A stretch of DNA of 64,000 bases from Mobula birostris (Eukaryota). Shown piece after piece: positions 1-13,324 of this stretch; position 1 is the stretch's first letter; each line of letters begins with the position of its first letter. A model generated the notes under the pieces. It was not told where the DNA came from. It worked only from the letters and a program-made list of their open reading frames with translations, and did not search any database. A program made the position numbers and the translations under genes. Where the stretch lies: contig NC_092374.1 of the NCBI RefSeq assembly GCF_030028105.1, positions 40,867,016-40,931,015 of the forward strand, in the 5' to 3' direction.

Positions 1-1200
1 TTTGAAGTGAATGGGCTACAACAGCAGAAGACCACACCAGGTTCCACTCCTGTACCGAATAAAGCAGATGCTAAGTGTATGAAGGGATTTGGTGTGCAGA
101 TGTTGAGATGCTTTCATTAAGGGAGCATCTCAAACAAAGTGATATGGTTATAAACAGCCAATAATTTAAAGTTAAGGTATTAAGAAATTTGTTTTAGCAA
201 AGAAGAGTGATTATCTGAAATTCTCTATCCCAGAGGATTTTAGATGCCATATCATTAGAAGAATTGAAGGTATTTTGAAAGATTTTGGAATAGAGGTCTG
301 TGAGAAACTGGCAGAGGAGGAGTTGAGGCTTGGGAGAGATTATTTGTGACCATACTGAATGGCAGGCCAGGCAGCCTATTTCTGCTCCATTTCTCGTGTT
401 CCTGTGTGAAGACTTTATCACTTTGATCATGTAATAATCACGGAAGAAAAAACAGCTAATGAGGATTCAAAAGAAGGCAAAACAAACTGAAGATGTACTG
501 GTCAGTCTGTAAACATAAATTACTACTACACATTTTCTAGACCTAATCATCAACTTCATTGATATAGGCATCAGAAACATAAATCAGTCTTTTCATTCAC
601 ATTTGCTGCTTGATCTACTGTGCATTTAAAAAATTTTACTTAGGGTGCAGAAGGGAACAACCTTGTTGACTTTACTGTTTTTGTTAAAGACTGTATCGTC
701 TGCAGGGAACGTGGTTGCTCTACAGCTAAAAACTAATTTATTGAAATGCTATATGAAAAACTACAAGTTCAAGGTGATGGGGATTCAAAGTTCGGGATAG
801 GAACAAATAGGAAATTAATTGGAGGTTAGGAAGCAATGAACACATTACAGAAACAGTATCAGATTAGAATGTAAAATGGAGGTGGTACAGAGTGCACCAG
901 ACGCCGGTTCTGAAACTCCTAAACACCATTCTCCTACCCTACATCAATGACTTGACTCTAGGTTAGCATTTGAAAATTTGATCAACTTTCAAGGCACCAC
1001 CTAAGATTGAAACTGATTCCAAGAAGAAAACTCGAGAATGATGACATGCATAGTGGCTTGCAAAACAAAGCAAATGAGAATTTAACGTGGATGTTTGAAA
1101 TAATGAAATGTTTAACAAAGTAGAGGCTTCAGGTCATTGGTAAACTCTTACATCATGATAGGCATTATGAAATTATTCAAAATACCTGTACGGTCTAGAA

Positions 1201-3177
1201 CAGTGGTCCCCAACATCCAGGCCGTGGACCGGTACAGGGCTGCAAAGCATGTGCTACCGGGCCGCAAGGAAACGATACAAGTCAGCTGCACCTTTCCTCA
1301 TTCCCTGTCACGCCCACTATTGAATTTGAACGCACACGAGGTCATCAGTCGGTCGTTAACCTACAACTACTCGATGAGTAAAAAACAAACGTTGCTTGAG
1401 AGTTTCTTTGGAAGAGGTGGTAGGGGACATAAAAGGCCTAACGATGATGATAATGCAGAGACAGCTGAGGCCGATACTGCAAAAAAAAAGAAAGCTTCCT
1501 TCAACAAAAAATACGAGTCGTACATAAAATACGGCTTTATTGCGACCGGTGACTCACACACTCCAAGCCCCCTGTGTGTTATATGTGGAGACAAGCTGTC
1601 TAATGAGGCAACGAAGCCCCCAAAACTGCTTCGGCACCTTGAGTCCAAGCACCCTGCACTTAAAGACAAACCCGTTGAGTTTTTTGAGCAGAAAAAAATG
1701 TGAGCAAGCAGGACAGAAGCAAGTGCTGAGAGCCACCACCTCCACAAACGCTGCTGCTCTGAGAGCATTCTACATAGTGGCTAGCCGTATTGCTAAGGCT
1801 AAGGAGCCTTTCACTGTTGCTGAAGAATTGATTCTGCCTGCTGCCAAGGACATGTGCTGTGAACGGTTAGGAGAAGCTGCAGCTAACAAGATGGCAGAGG
1901 TTTCTCTTTCAGCTACCACAGTTTCAAGGAGAATCGATGACATAGCAGAGGACATCGAAGCACAGCTGTTAGAACAGCTTAACGAGTCTGGTTTCACTAC
2001 CCGAGTCAAAGAGGTTGCTCCTGAATGCCAGTCTACACACTGTGTCACACACAGGGAAATACTGACTAGCTGAAAAATGTCACCTGATCTTAACATTGTA
2101 TTGAGTGACTTTGTTGAAGTTATGAATCACATCAAAGCAAAAGCCCGTAACTCACGTCTGTTTGAGCAGCTTTGCGAGGAAATGAATGCAGAGCACAAAC
2201 GCCTTCTCTTACACACTGAAGTCAGGTGACTATCAAGGGAGAGAGCCCTGGCCAGGGTTTTTGAGATAAGAGAGCAGCTACAGAGATTTCTTTCAAGAAA
2301 AAAGTCACCACTGACAGCACACTTCAGTGACGAGGAGTGGATAGCAAAACTCACTTGTCTGTGTGACATCTTCAACCTGCTCAATGAACTCAATTTGTCA
2401 CTACAGGGAAGAATAACAACTGTCTTCAAGTTGGCCGATAAAGTGTCTGCTTTCACAGCCAAACTGGAACTGTGGGGACTGCAAGTGGACAGGGGCATAT
2501 CTGACACGTTCCCAACATTAGCTGGGAATTTGGGAGAGACTGAGACTCACAGCTGGTGCGCAATCACCTATCCTCGCTGTCGACAGAATCCCAACGTTAC
2601 TTCCCAACCGCAAATGACCCAAGACGTGCAAAGGAATGGATCCGTGACCCATCTGTGAATGTCCCCGGTGAATCATCCATGTCAGTGCGAGAAGAAGATC
2701 AACTCTCCTCGAGCTTGACGGTGGGCTGAAAAGTATGTTTGACATAACATCTCTGCCGGCATTCTAGATCAAAGTCAAGGCTGAATATCCTGAGATAGCC
2801 ATGAAAGCACTGAAAACGTAGCTTTCATTTCCAACATCATATCTCTGCAAAGCGGAGTTTTCAGTAATGAATGCAATGAAAACTAAATTGTGGAATAGAC
2901 TGGACGGGAGGAACCCCCTTATGACTTATAATTGACTTATCACTATATTCATGTGAGGAAAATATGCACTGTGTGGTTAATATTAAATTCGTTAGATAAA
3001 CCCTTTTAGAAACAAAATTGAGTGTATTAGCCACTGATAAATGACTTATAGTTGACCTTTCACCTATATTCTGGTTGTGAGATTAACCCTGCCCCCCCCC
3101 CCACCGGGTCGGCCGGACTGCAAGAATATTGTCAATATTAAACCGGTCCGCAGTGCAAAAAAGTTTGGGGACCCCTC
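1201..3177 (+). mobile_element. hAT (Charlie/Buster-type) DNA transposon, internally deleted and decayed, in IDH2-like intron 2
   Basis: TIRs CAGTGGTCCCCAAC (1201) / GTTTGGGGACCCCTC (to 3177); 8-bp TSD gtctagaa (1193-1200) / atctagaa (3178-3185), matching the NTCTAGAN Charlie target preference. Confidence 0.9.
1374..2920 (+). pseudogene. hAT transposase remnant (ZBED5/SCAND3/Buster-like)
   Basis: BED-finger-like PLCVICGDKLSNEATKPPKLLRHLESKH; KEPFTVAEELILPAAKDM; SLSATTVSRRIDDIAEDI; HCVTHRE (CxxH); HTEVR*LSR; C-terminal FPTSYLCKAEFS. Frameshifts, stops, and loss of the catalytic segment after EQLNES. Confidence 0.85.
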
Positions 3178-3544
3178 ATCTAGAAGTTAATAAAACACTA
3201 TTAACTTCTAATTTTTTTCCAAAAGTGATTCTCAAATCAAATCAACAAAATATTCATAATCTTTGGCCTATGTAGGATAATTACACAATGTAAAATTAAC
3301 TGGACAACAATTGATTGTATGGGCTAATCTGTGACAATGCTGCTGCTTCCTACAAGAAAGAAATGATCTGATATTGAAAAAGGGCAGAACCTTTTTTATT
3401 TTAGAAGTCCAATATATTTTCTATTATCATTCACAATTTAGATGAAAAAATATTAAATGATCATTGAAGAATAAATTGAAGCCAATTATAAAAGAAAATG
3501 ACCCTGATTACAAAGGACACTTGGTTTAATCCACCATCTGTTAC

Positions 3545-3636
3545 CTTTTCTTTAATGAAACTCCAAATCACTCTGGTCATTTCATCTCCATCCATTTCTA
3601 CAACAGGATTTTCTACTTTGACCCGTGTCTTAGCAT
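3545..3636 (-). CDS. IDH2: IDH2-like mitochondrial NADP-isocitrate dehydrogenase, coding exon 2 (92 nt); gene continues past position 1
   Basis: ttttgcag|ATGCTAAG...GAAAAG|gtaac; encodes (Y)[30 protein letters not shown] vs human IDH2 [31 protein letters not shown]. Phase 1 start joins exon 1. May be a paralog rather than the IDH2 ortholog (see findings). Confidence 0.92.
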
Positions 3637-4152
3637 CTGCAAAAAAACAAACAAAAAAATCCATTTATTGGCAAAGATGTAAAAACAGTCAAAAGAATGT
3701 GAACTCCAGTCTGGGCAAAAATGCAGACTGGGTAGGGCTTTTGTAAGAAGTCAAATGTGGTGGAAAGATATTTGCATAAATGTTAGTGAATTCATTTGAA
3801 AGTGCTGCAATTCTGAGTGTTCTGAATTTTAGTTTTATCTTGGTGCAGATTTTCAATCTAAGGCTGGCATTTTAAGAGAAACTACCATATCCAGTCAGGT
3901 TAAACAAGGTTAAGAAATTCACTTTACAAGCCAAGTCAATGATTTATGACACAAGTGACTCTAAGTTATTTACAAAGGTTCTATGAGGTATTTAGTTTAA
4001 AACCTGTGTGGGTTTTGTAGGTTCCAATTTTTTTCTCAGATCCTCCATACCAATGATATGCATTCCAGCTGGAAGCTCTTAGGAATACAAAATATTAAGC
4101 TGCTTACAACAGACACAGTGGTATCATTTGCAGTCCTGAGACTTGAGCAGAA

Positions 4153-4444
4153 AATGAATCAGAATCAGGTTTAGTATCACCAGCATATGTCATGAAATTT
4201 GTTATTTTTGTGGCAGCAGTACAATGTAATACATTATAATAGAAAAAACATGAATTACAGTAAGTGCATATATATTAAATAGTCACATTAAATAAGTAGT
4301 GCAAAAATAAACATTAAAAATTAGTGATGTCCTGTTCAGGAGTTCAAAGTCCATTTATAATACGGATGCTAGAGGGGAAGAAGTTGTTCCTGAATCGTGT
4401 GTGTGTCTTCAAACTCCTGTACCTCCTTCCTGATCATAGCAATG
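4153..4444 (-). mobile_element. Rex1/Babar-type LINE 3' fragment
   Basis: (ATTCTG)n-type tail (gaatcagaatcag on +) followed by 3' sequence resembling other Rex-type ends in the window. Confidence 0.5.
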
Positions 4445-7200
4445 AGTCATAGTCAGAGAAAAGTACAGCACAGAAACAGGCCCTTCAGCCTATCTAGTCT
4501 GTGCTGAACCATTTAAACTGCCTACTCTAATCCACCTCCACCAGGGCCACAACCCTCCATACTCCTACCAAAAAACATATCTATCCAAAATTCTCTTAAA
4601 CATTGAACTTGAGCTCACGTGCACCAGTTGCGCTGGCAGCTCGTTCAACATACTCACAACCCTCTGAGTGAAGAAGTTTTCCCTCATGTTCCCCTTAAAC
4701 TTTTCACCTTTCACCCTTAAACCAAGACATCTAGTTGTAGTCCAATCCAACCTCAGTGGAAAAAATGTGCTTGAAGTTGCTGTATCTATACTCCTCATAA
4801 TTTTGTATAACTCTATCAAATCTTCTCTCAATCTTCTACGTTCAAAAGAATAAAGTTCTAATCTACTCAATCTTTCCTTATAACTCAGGTCTTCCAGACC
4901 CAGCAACATCCTTGTAAATTTTCTCTGTATTCTTTCAACCTAATTTTCATCTTTCCTTTAATTAGGTGACCAAAACTGTACACAATACTCCAAATTAACT
5001 GTACACAATACTCCAAATTAGGCTTTACCAATGTCTTACATACAACTTCAACGTAACATCCCACCTCCTGTACTCAGTACTTTGATTTATGAAGGCCGAT
5101 GTGCCAAAAGCTTTCTTTGTGACCCTATCTACCTGTGATGCCACTTTCAATGAGTTATGGACCAAAATTCTGAGATCACTTTATTCTACCGCACTCCTCA
5201 GTGCCACTACAGCCCAAATCTTGTACCATCTGCAAAATTTGCTGAACCAGTTAACCACATTATCATCCTCATCGTTGATATAGATGCAGACACCCCACCT
5301 CTCCCGGAACTTCCGGGAGTCTCCCGCATATTAATAGTGGCTCCCTGATGCCTGCAAATTATATACAGTATCACGGAAATCAATTTTTTTGAGAGCGAGC
5401 GAGAGAAAAGCAAGAGAGAGCGTGAGAGCGACGAGAGAGCGTGCGCGCACGAGAGAGAAAGCAAGCGAGAGAGTGAGCGAGAAAGCAGGCGAGAACGAAA
5501 GCAAGCAAGAAAGGGAGAGAGAGCGAGCGAGAGAGAAAGCAAGCAAGAGAGCGAGTGAGAAAGCAAGCGAGAGCGAAAGCAAGCGAGGGAGAGAGAGCAA
5601 GCAAGAGAGAAAGCAAGCAAGAGCGCTTGAGAGCGCGCGAGCGACCACGAGAGAGAGAGAGCGCGTCATTGCAGAGTGTTCCAAAAAAAAATATAAAACG
5701 TACGTCACCCCAGGCTACACTAAAGTGTACCCCTGCCTAATAGGGGTCAAAATAATGACAGTGTTGCTCGCTGCACTGTTTGCAACAATGACTTTCTATT
5801 GCCCATGGTGGGTTAAGACTGTAAAAGACATGTTGAGGTGAGGTTAACAGGTGTCATTCATTCATTAGCATAGCTAACGTTATTTAAACTAGCTGGCTAG
5901 CTGCTAAGGAGCTACTCTATTGCAGAGATCCCACCTCTCCCGGAAGTCTCCCGCAAATTGATGGTGCTACCTCCCTGAAATGAGTTTTTGCAGGGTGGGA
6001 TGTCTGTAGATGACAAACAAAACAGGCCCAGCACCGATCCTTATGGCACACCACTAGTCACAGGCCTCCAGTCCGAGAGGCAACCATCTACTAACACTCT
6101 CTGGCTTCTCCCACAATCTAATGTCTAATTCAGTTTACTATCTCATCTTGAATGCTGAGTGTCTGAACCTGCTTGACCAACCTCCCATGCAGGATCTTGT
6201 CAAATGTTTTCCTTAAGTCCATGTAGACAACATCCTCTGCCTTGCCTTCATCCACTTTCCTGATAACTTCCTTCAAAAACATAGGTATAAGATTGGTTAG
6301 ACAAGACCTACCATGCACAAAGCCATGCTGACTATCCTTAGTCAGTTAATCAGTCCTTATCTATTCAAACACTTATATATCTGGTCCCTTAGAAAACCTC
6401 GCAATAACTTTTGCACTACTGATGTCAGGCTCACTGGCCTATAATTTCTAAGTTTATTTTAGAGCTTTTCATACACTTTTGGCTATTCTCTAATCCTCTG
6501 GTACCTCACCTATCACGAAGGATGATTTAAATATCTCTGCTAGGACTTCAGCAACTTCTGCACTTGCCTCCTGCAGGGTCCTAGGAAACACCTTGTCAAG
6601 CTTTGCAGCTTTATCCACCCTAATTTGCCTCAGGACAGCAAACACCTCCTCCTCTGTAACATGTATAGGGTGCATTAAGTTGAAGCCACTTTGCCTCATT
6701 TCTACAGACACTGTGTCAGTCTCCTGAGTAAATACAGGAACAAAAAATTCACTTAAGATCCCCCCCCACCCCGCCCATCACTTTCGGCTCCACACATGGA
6801 TTAACATTCTGATCTTCCAGAGGACCAATTTTGTCCCTTGCAATCCTTTTGCTCTTAACCTATCTGTAGAATCCCTTAGGATTCTCCTTCACTTTGTCTC
6901 CTAAGGCATCCTCAAGCCTTCTTTTAGCTCCCCTGAATTCTTGTTTAAGTGTTCTCTTGCATACTCCATAAGCATCTCATTTGTTCCTACCTGCCTATAC
7001 TCTACCTGCAATGCACCTCCTTTTTTCTCTTAACCAGTCACAACATCTCTTGAAAACAAAGATTTCCTACACCTGTTATCTTTACTTATTATTCTGACAG
7101 ACACATACAAGCTTTGTACTCTCAATATTTCACTATTGAAGGCCTCCCACTTACCAAGTTCATCTTCGCCAAAAGAAAAACACAGCCAGTCCCAATCCAC
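4445..7200 (-). mobile_element. CR1 LINE, 5'-truncated and decayed, interrupted by a TIR element at 5287-6006
   Basis: Minus-strand ORF pieces: HGRSCLTNL...DVVYMDLRKTFDKILHGRL, LSYKERLSRLELYSFERRRLREDLIELYKIM, FFTQRVV. Colinear with the CR1 at 42640-46905. Confidence 0.9.
5287..6006. mobile_element. Non-autonomous TIR DNA element with 6-bp TSD (copy 1)
   Basis: Ends CAGACACCCCACC...GGTGGGATGTCTG; TSD tagatg (5281-5286 / 6007-6012); internal GA-rich tandem tract; second copy at 58905-59498. Confidence 0.88.
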
Positions 7201-8219
7201 GATCTCAACAGGCTAGCCCAGGAACCCTACTTACTCATTGTTCTGTAAAGTCTATTTCTACATGGGTAACTGCACATAACACTTTGAGGGGAGGGTGGTG
7301 GTGGTGGTGGGGTGGGGGGAAGAAATCTCAGTAAAGAGAACGTAATAGTGACCTCCTAACTCTTCTGCTTTAAACCCCTTGAAATAGAAAGGCAACATGT
7401 ATCTGTCTTCTACTTATTACCTCTGTGTATTCCATGAAATGTCACACAAAGATTCCTCAGTTAACAGTATTTACCTGTTTGTCACCATTTCAAAACACAA
7501 AGCAAATTAATATCTTCCCTCATTGTATTCCATGTTACAAAATATAAAGTCTCTGCATTTATAACAGACTTGTTAAGGCCTCTCCTCAGTTCGGTCCACC
7601 CAACCCCCCAGCATGGTGTTAATAATAAACATGTTGTTAGTACCATGCTGGGGAATGAACTTGCACTTAGTCCATTGCTCAAAGCCCTTGTGTTAATAAT
7701 GTTTGATTTTGATGACTCCTTGCCAGGGTAAGAAATAGCCTTGATAGGATGGCCTCTGTGTTGTTAGTCCTGCATTACACTTGCACAAAACCAGCCTAAA
7801 CTGGGCATTTTCTTGCCTTTGTTGCCATTTGATTTCTGCATTTTTTTAATTAATCAATTCAGAATTCAAGCCTCCAATGTATATTTACTCTGTAGCCACT
7901 GAGCACAAGAAACATTATAGAGTTCGATGTTTCACTTATTGAACAATGGGTGTGACTTATGGCATTTCACAAACCATGTGTTATATCTGTGGCTCAGGTA
8001 TTGGATGCAGAAGGTAACTGCCCTCTTCCACCACCTAGTCCTGAACCACCAATCACAATGCAACAGAATGGATCGCCATCCACTTGAACTCTCACCTATG
8101 GGATGAACTGAAGTATCTTAACACATTGTCAGCATCCTAAAACGTGGTTCAGCTTCATTAAAAAAAATTAAAGGCATTTGTAAAATTTCATTATTTTTCT
8201 AAACAGAGGTGACATGGGG

Positions 8220-8522
8220 CAATGTTCCCTCTTATTTGTAATGACCAGTGCATGCAACAATCTTGTGCCGTGCAGTTTTTTTGTCCAGTGACAGCAACAT
8301 GTGCGCATTGAATAATTTCTTCAATAAAAACAGTACAAGTGTCACTTCTAATCTCTGCAGACAAATCATTGCAAAACTCCACGTTGTCAACACTGCCAAC
8401 ATCAGAAACCAGATGTGATTGTGTACGATGTTTAACATGTCAACGAGGTAGAGGGTGACAACCCGTTTATGCCCAGTTTAAATTCCTTTGTGCGCTAGTA
8501 GCAAAACTTGGAGGGAACTTTG
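8220..8522. mobile_element. hAT MITE, same family as 24504-26027
   Basis: Ends CAATGTTCCCTCT...GGAGGGAACTTTG; imperfect 8-bp TSD acatgggg/acgtgtgg; subterminal sequence resembles the 24504 element. Confidence 0.7.
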
Positions 8523-10734
8523 ACGTGTGGCAACGGTACATTATTTATCTCTTATGCAATCACCTGTCTAATGCCACATGAATACAAGTGGCCCTTGTGG
8601 CTGTGGACAAAATTGTGAACCTACAATCCCTGCTCCACAGCAGAAGCAAACTTGATGGTGGTAATTACAGATTACCATCACAGTAAGATGAAGATTCATC
8701 ATTTTCTGCTGGGACACAGAAATAAAACAGAGGAAGAAGGAATGGTGGTGGTGGGGAAGCACAAGAAATTGAGTAAAAAAGTGAATAAAACAGAACATTT
8801 AAGTGTGAATAGGCGAGTGAAGTGACAGGAAAAATATCCAGAACTCCTGGAAATAGATGCATGCAACAAACCCAAATGATGTACTATGTCCAAGGTGATG
8901 GGTATGATATGATCTTCTGTCTATATGTTTGTGGATTCCGCGCACAGAAAGCACATGCTTCCATGAATATGTATTCGCAAGAGTGCTCTCGGTATACTCT
9001 TACTGGCCAACAGTGCTTGTGATTCTCAGGCTGCTGAAGTGGCCACTTTCTGATAAACATCCTCACTAGGTCACAACAGGCAGTTTAGTCATCCTCAGCT
9101 TTAAGTAAAAATATGCAATAAGGTCACTGTGATGCAAATTGCTGGTTGGTATTTAATACCTTCTGTTGCTGGTGCAGAGAATGGAGAGAAAACTCTCACC
9201 TGTAACCTAGAACACTGATAAATGTTGTGAACCACAGCAGTGGATTTGAACGAAAGCTCCACTTGTTCACACTCAGTAAAGCACTCAAACACTCCCAAGC
9301 CCCACTCTACCACACATTCACCATCTGACATCATGGACCATTCATTCCTTAAAAGAAATTCAAGCAGTCTCAGTGACTTCATTTATATTTTAAAAGCTCA
9401 CAGAATTTCCTATCAAGTAGGGAGCCACTGTTCCATGGGAATTTTTGCCACATTATTTACCTTTAAAAGTAAATATTGTAACTTTGTATTTAAATTCTAC
9501 CGCATATCTAATTAAAAATTATTGAAGTGTATAGTACAACAAAGTTGCCATTATTGTGCAGCAAACACTACAGTTCAGACAGGGCAGAACTGAATGTCCC
9601 TCAGTCCACTATTGGTTACAAAAGAACAATATGCACCTTAATCCCAGTTTGCATGCTATAGGTTACAACATTTCAGCTGCACATCAGAAAACCGAAAGCA
9701 TCATGTTCCAGTCTCCCACAATCACTGAGGGGGGGGGGAGAGAAAAGACCCCTATACTGCCCACCTCCAGATCCATTTTATTAATCACACTTCTGAAAGC
9801 ATGTCAGTAATATACAATTCAATGAAACGTCATCTCATTCTCCTGTCCTACCGAACCGACATTCCAGTTGAACTTGCCTCATAACAATTATATCCTGTTC
9901 TGGCAATATAGTATCCTCAAATTTCCTCATTGAAACTCCAAAGCCGTCCAGCAGTGACTCTGTACCATTTTAAAATTGCTTTAACTTTTTAACAATACAA
10001 GTAGCATATTGAAAAAAAGGTTGAAAAATGTACAACGTTTGTAATTTTTTTGTGATAAAAAAGTCAGTTATCTTTTCCTGTCTCTATAACTCTCTTGTTC
10101 AAATAATCTTATACAATTGCTTGAGGCTTGTTTGAATATTGATATCATTATCTAATACAGGATAACCTGGTCGGTTTGTTCACCACCAGCAAAGCCTCAC
10201 CCAAATTCTCAAGCAAACTGTTGTTCTCCGTCATCCACCCTCCGATCAGACTTAATCTGCACCAACAGACATTCTGAGCATTCTGATAAATTAACGGTGA
10301 CTGGCAAATTTATGCCGAATCGAGCATTTTCACCTCATAGAACATTCATGTCAATGTTTGCATTTTCTGCTGAAAAAGACTTCATCTACAAAACACCAAC
10401 AAAATAGGTTGCCTATATACTAACAAAATAACACTGAAAATACATAACTGATCAATTAATATCCCAGGAAAGCATTTTCACTGGAGAGCATTCTAATTAT
10501 AAATCATCTAAAGTGTTAACTCTTTTTTGCTTAACAGAAGAAACAGGATCTGTGGTAAGTATTTCCAGCATTGTACATTTATTATAGTTCTCACTTGAAG
10601 AATATTTTGCATTTATTCCTTGGATGACATCAATACTATAAAGTTGTTGCTCATCCTTCACTTCCCTGAGAATTTTCAGGTGCAATTTACCAAACCCAAA
10701 CTGACTGGAGGAGCTCAATAAGTCAAGTAACATC

Positions 10735-10769
10735 TGTGTGTGTGTGTGTGTGTGGGGGGGGGGGGGGAG
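10735..10769. repeat. (TG)n plus poly-G microsatellite
   Basis: Seen directly. Confidence 0.9.
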
Positions 10770-10939
10770 GCATTTGTTGTGACCCTGCATTTCACTAATT
10801 TGTTTTTTTTTAAACTCAGCATGCTTCCAATAATTTTTTTGCACCAAATCAAAAATAACAACCAACCATACTCAAAGCTGAGAGAACTTCAAAGGTCAAA
10901 GTATATTTATTATTAAAGTACATGATATATTTCTGTGGG

Positions 10940-11130
10940 AACACACAAAAAGCTGGAGGACCTCAGCAGGTCAAGCAGCAACTGTGGAGGGGAATAAACA
11001 GTTGACATTTCAGATTGGAAGGGGCTCAGCCCGAAACGTCGATTGTTATTCCCCTCGATAGACGATGCTTGCCCTGCTGAGTTTCTCCAAGCATTTTCTG
11101 TGTTGCTGTGGATTTTCAGAATCTCTTACT
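10940..11130. mobile_element. Penelope-like terminal fold-back insertion (older)
   Basis: acacacaaaaagctggaggacctcagcagg... arm and its inverted copy; partial hammerhead core gcccGAAACGTCga; flanked by atatttctgt repeats. Confidence 0.65.
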
Positions 11131-11936
11131 CTTTCGAATATTTCTGTAGTTTTTTAGTGGACTAAAATATGAAGAATGGAATTCCAACTGGAATTCAGAT
11201 TACATGTTTTCACCTAAACACTAACTCCCCCCTCTACATGTTGTCTGATCTCCAGAATTTTCTGTTTTTCAATAAACTAATGTATGTTTTGCCACCATGT
11301 TTCGGCAGATCTGTGTTTGTGCAGCTGAGGTCTTTTTTAATCTCGGATTGTGGCACCTCCCAGGAACGTAGTATGGTTTCCCACCTAAAACCATCCATTT
11401 TGCTTACCATATCCAATAAGGTGGGTATCTACTGTGAATACCTGCAAGAAAATGAATCTCAGGGTAGTTTATGGTGACGTATATACCTGTATAGCTAGGG
11501 TGCTTAAGACTTTTGCACAGTACTGTACTTAACAACGTGGAACAGACAGAGTGTTTGTAAGTCTGGCGGAAGCAATGGATATTGGGAAAGGTGAGGGTGG
11601 AGCACTGTGGGAGGGGTGCGAGACAGGCAGCAGAAGAGGACAACCGGGGTCGGGGGTTGGTGTGGATACAGCGCAACCCAGCCCTGAAAGACCAGGCAAG
11701 GTCATTTGATCCAAAACAATTAGCTTATTGATCATTACAGAATGTCTCTCTGGTGATTCCTGCTCATTCCCCTCTCCTTTCCTCTTTTCCCAACCATGTC
11801 CCCTCTCCCTGCCCCGTTCCCACTTTCAGTCCACGATAGAGTCCCCATATCAGAATCAGGCTTATCATCACTCACACGTCATGAAATTTGTTTTTTTTGC
11901 AGTAGCAGCAATACGGTGCAATACATAAAATTGCTA

Positions 11937-12004
11937 CAGTACTGTGTAAAAGTCATCGGCACCCTAGCTCTATACATGTGCCAAAGACATTTTGCACAGG
12001 ACTG
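11937..12004. mobile_element. Tiny Tc1/mariner MITE
   Basis: ta|CAGTACTGTGTAAAAGTC...GACATTTTGCACAGGACTG; a related end lies at about 11495-11526. Confidence 0.6.
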
Positions 12005-12180
12005 CATGCACATTGATAATAAATTTACTTCAAACAATATTATTCTAAGTACTACAGCAAACATCTTCTGTGGAAACTTTGTTTGATCTACCTTTGTCTA
12101 CACTTCACTATCACTTTAATGTCTCATCCTTACTGCATTTCTATAGCAAATTAAATAAACTAGACAGGGCCATTGTGGGC

Positions 12181-12795
12181 TGGTGCTCATGATGCAGCCT
12201 CCTCTACATTGCTGAGATCCGTCACACATTGGGGGACTGCTTCGTTGAGCAGCTCCGCACCATTGGCTAAAAGTGGGACATCCCGGTGGCCAAACATTTT
12301 AATTCCAATTCCCATTCCAACATGTCGGTCCATGGCCTCCTCTTGTGTGGCACTCTCGTATGAGGCCGCTCTCAGGGTGGAGGAGCAACACCTCGTATAT
12401 TGTCTCAGTAGCCTCATACCTGATGGGACGGAATATTGTTTTCTCCTCCCCGTAAACAAATTTCCCACCCTCTTTCCTCTCTTCCCCACTCTGACCTTTC
12501 ATCTCTTCTCACCATCTGATTGCTTGCCTTGGGTCCCCTTCTCCTTCCCTTTCTCCTATGGCCCACTCTTCTCTATCAGATTCCTTCCTCTCCGGCTCTT
12601 TGGCTTTCCCACCCACCTGGCTTCACCTATCACCTTCCAGCTAGCCTCCTTCCTCTCCCTCCACCATTTCAGTCTGCCATCATTCCCTCCCCCCTCCCAG
12701 TCCTGAAAGAGGGTCTTGGCCCGAAACATCAACATCTATTCATTTCCGTAGCTGCTGCCTGATGTGCTGAGTTCCTCCAGCATTTTGTGCATGTT
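12181..12795 (+). mobile_element. Penelope-like element 3' fragment (GIY-YIG end, pyrimidine-rich 3' region, degenerate hammerhead motif)
   Basis: ctctacattgctgag...gactgcttcgttgagca (LYIxE..RFxEH-like), EEQHLVYCLSSLIP; ccagtcctgaaagagggtcttggcccgaaac near 12697-12727. Homologous to 58590-58830. Confidence 0.8.
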
Positions 12796-13324
12796 GAAAT
12801 GTAAACCACAGCCTGAGTGTCAAACACTCATTGTAATTCAATGTGGCCACCACAGATATTCAACAGAGCCAGATAAGGTCTGGCAATCCTCGAAAGCTCC
12901 AAATTCATTTTTGATAATGATGGACACAGAATCAGATTTAACATCACAGTTCCAAGCAAATTATTAATTTAGCACCTAGGGACAAGCTACAGAGTCAAAT
13001 GGGATGCAATAAATCCAGGGCACAGATAGATTAGATACAATGATATACTGTGTGCACATTTTATTTTGCTGCAGACAACTGAAAGTTGCAGAGTGATCCA
13101 CGAAAATATCAACATGCATCACAAAAGAGGAAGTTGATGAGTTCTTAAGTCATTCCTTTGGCCCATCAAGTTCACACGCCTGGCTGGTTTTCTGTCAATG
13201 ATTCATTTTATCTAGCGTAGACCTAGCTATTTTAGTATCTGCCCTAAAACTTAATGTGACTGAGTGACTGGCTGGCTTCTGCCAGCAAGCATGGTTTTTA
13301 TCCCATCTGTGATTAAATATTTCT

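Noticed and set aside
3461-3664. 67-aa ORF as a standalone gene
   Set aside because: It is IDH2-like exon 2 read through flanking intron sequence.
5207-5841. RE-rich and SL-rich ORFs (also 58825-59308)
   Set aside because: Products of the low-complexity GA tract inside a non-autonomous transposon.
7890-9080. Possible ancient Harbinger remnant (STRNIIE-like motif)
   Set aside because: One short motif only; no TIRs or further motifs.
9101-9382. Possible cassette exon in IDH2-like intron 1 (ttttaag...CAG|gtgaga)
   Set aside because: No recognisable homology, and its open frame is not phase-compatible with the phase-1 intron.
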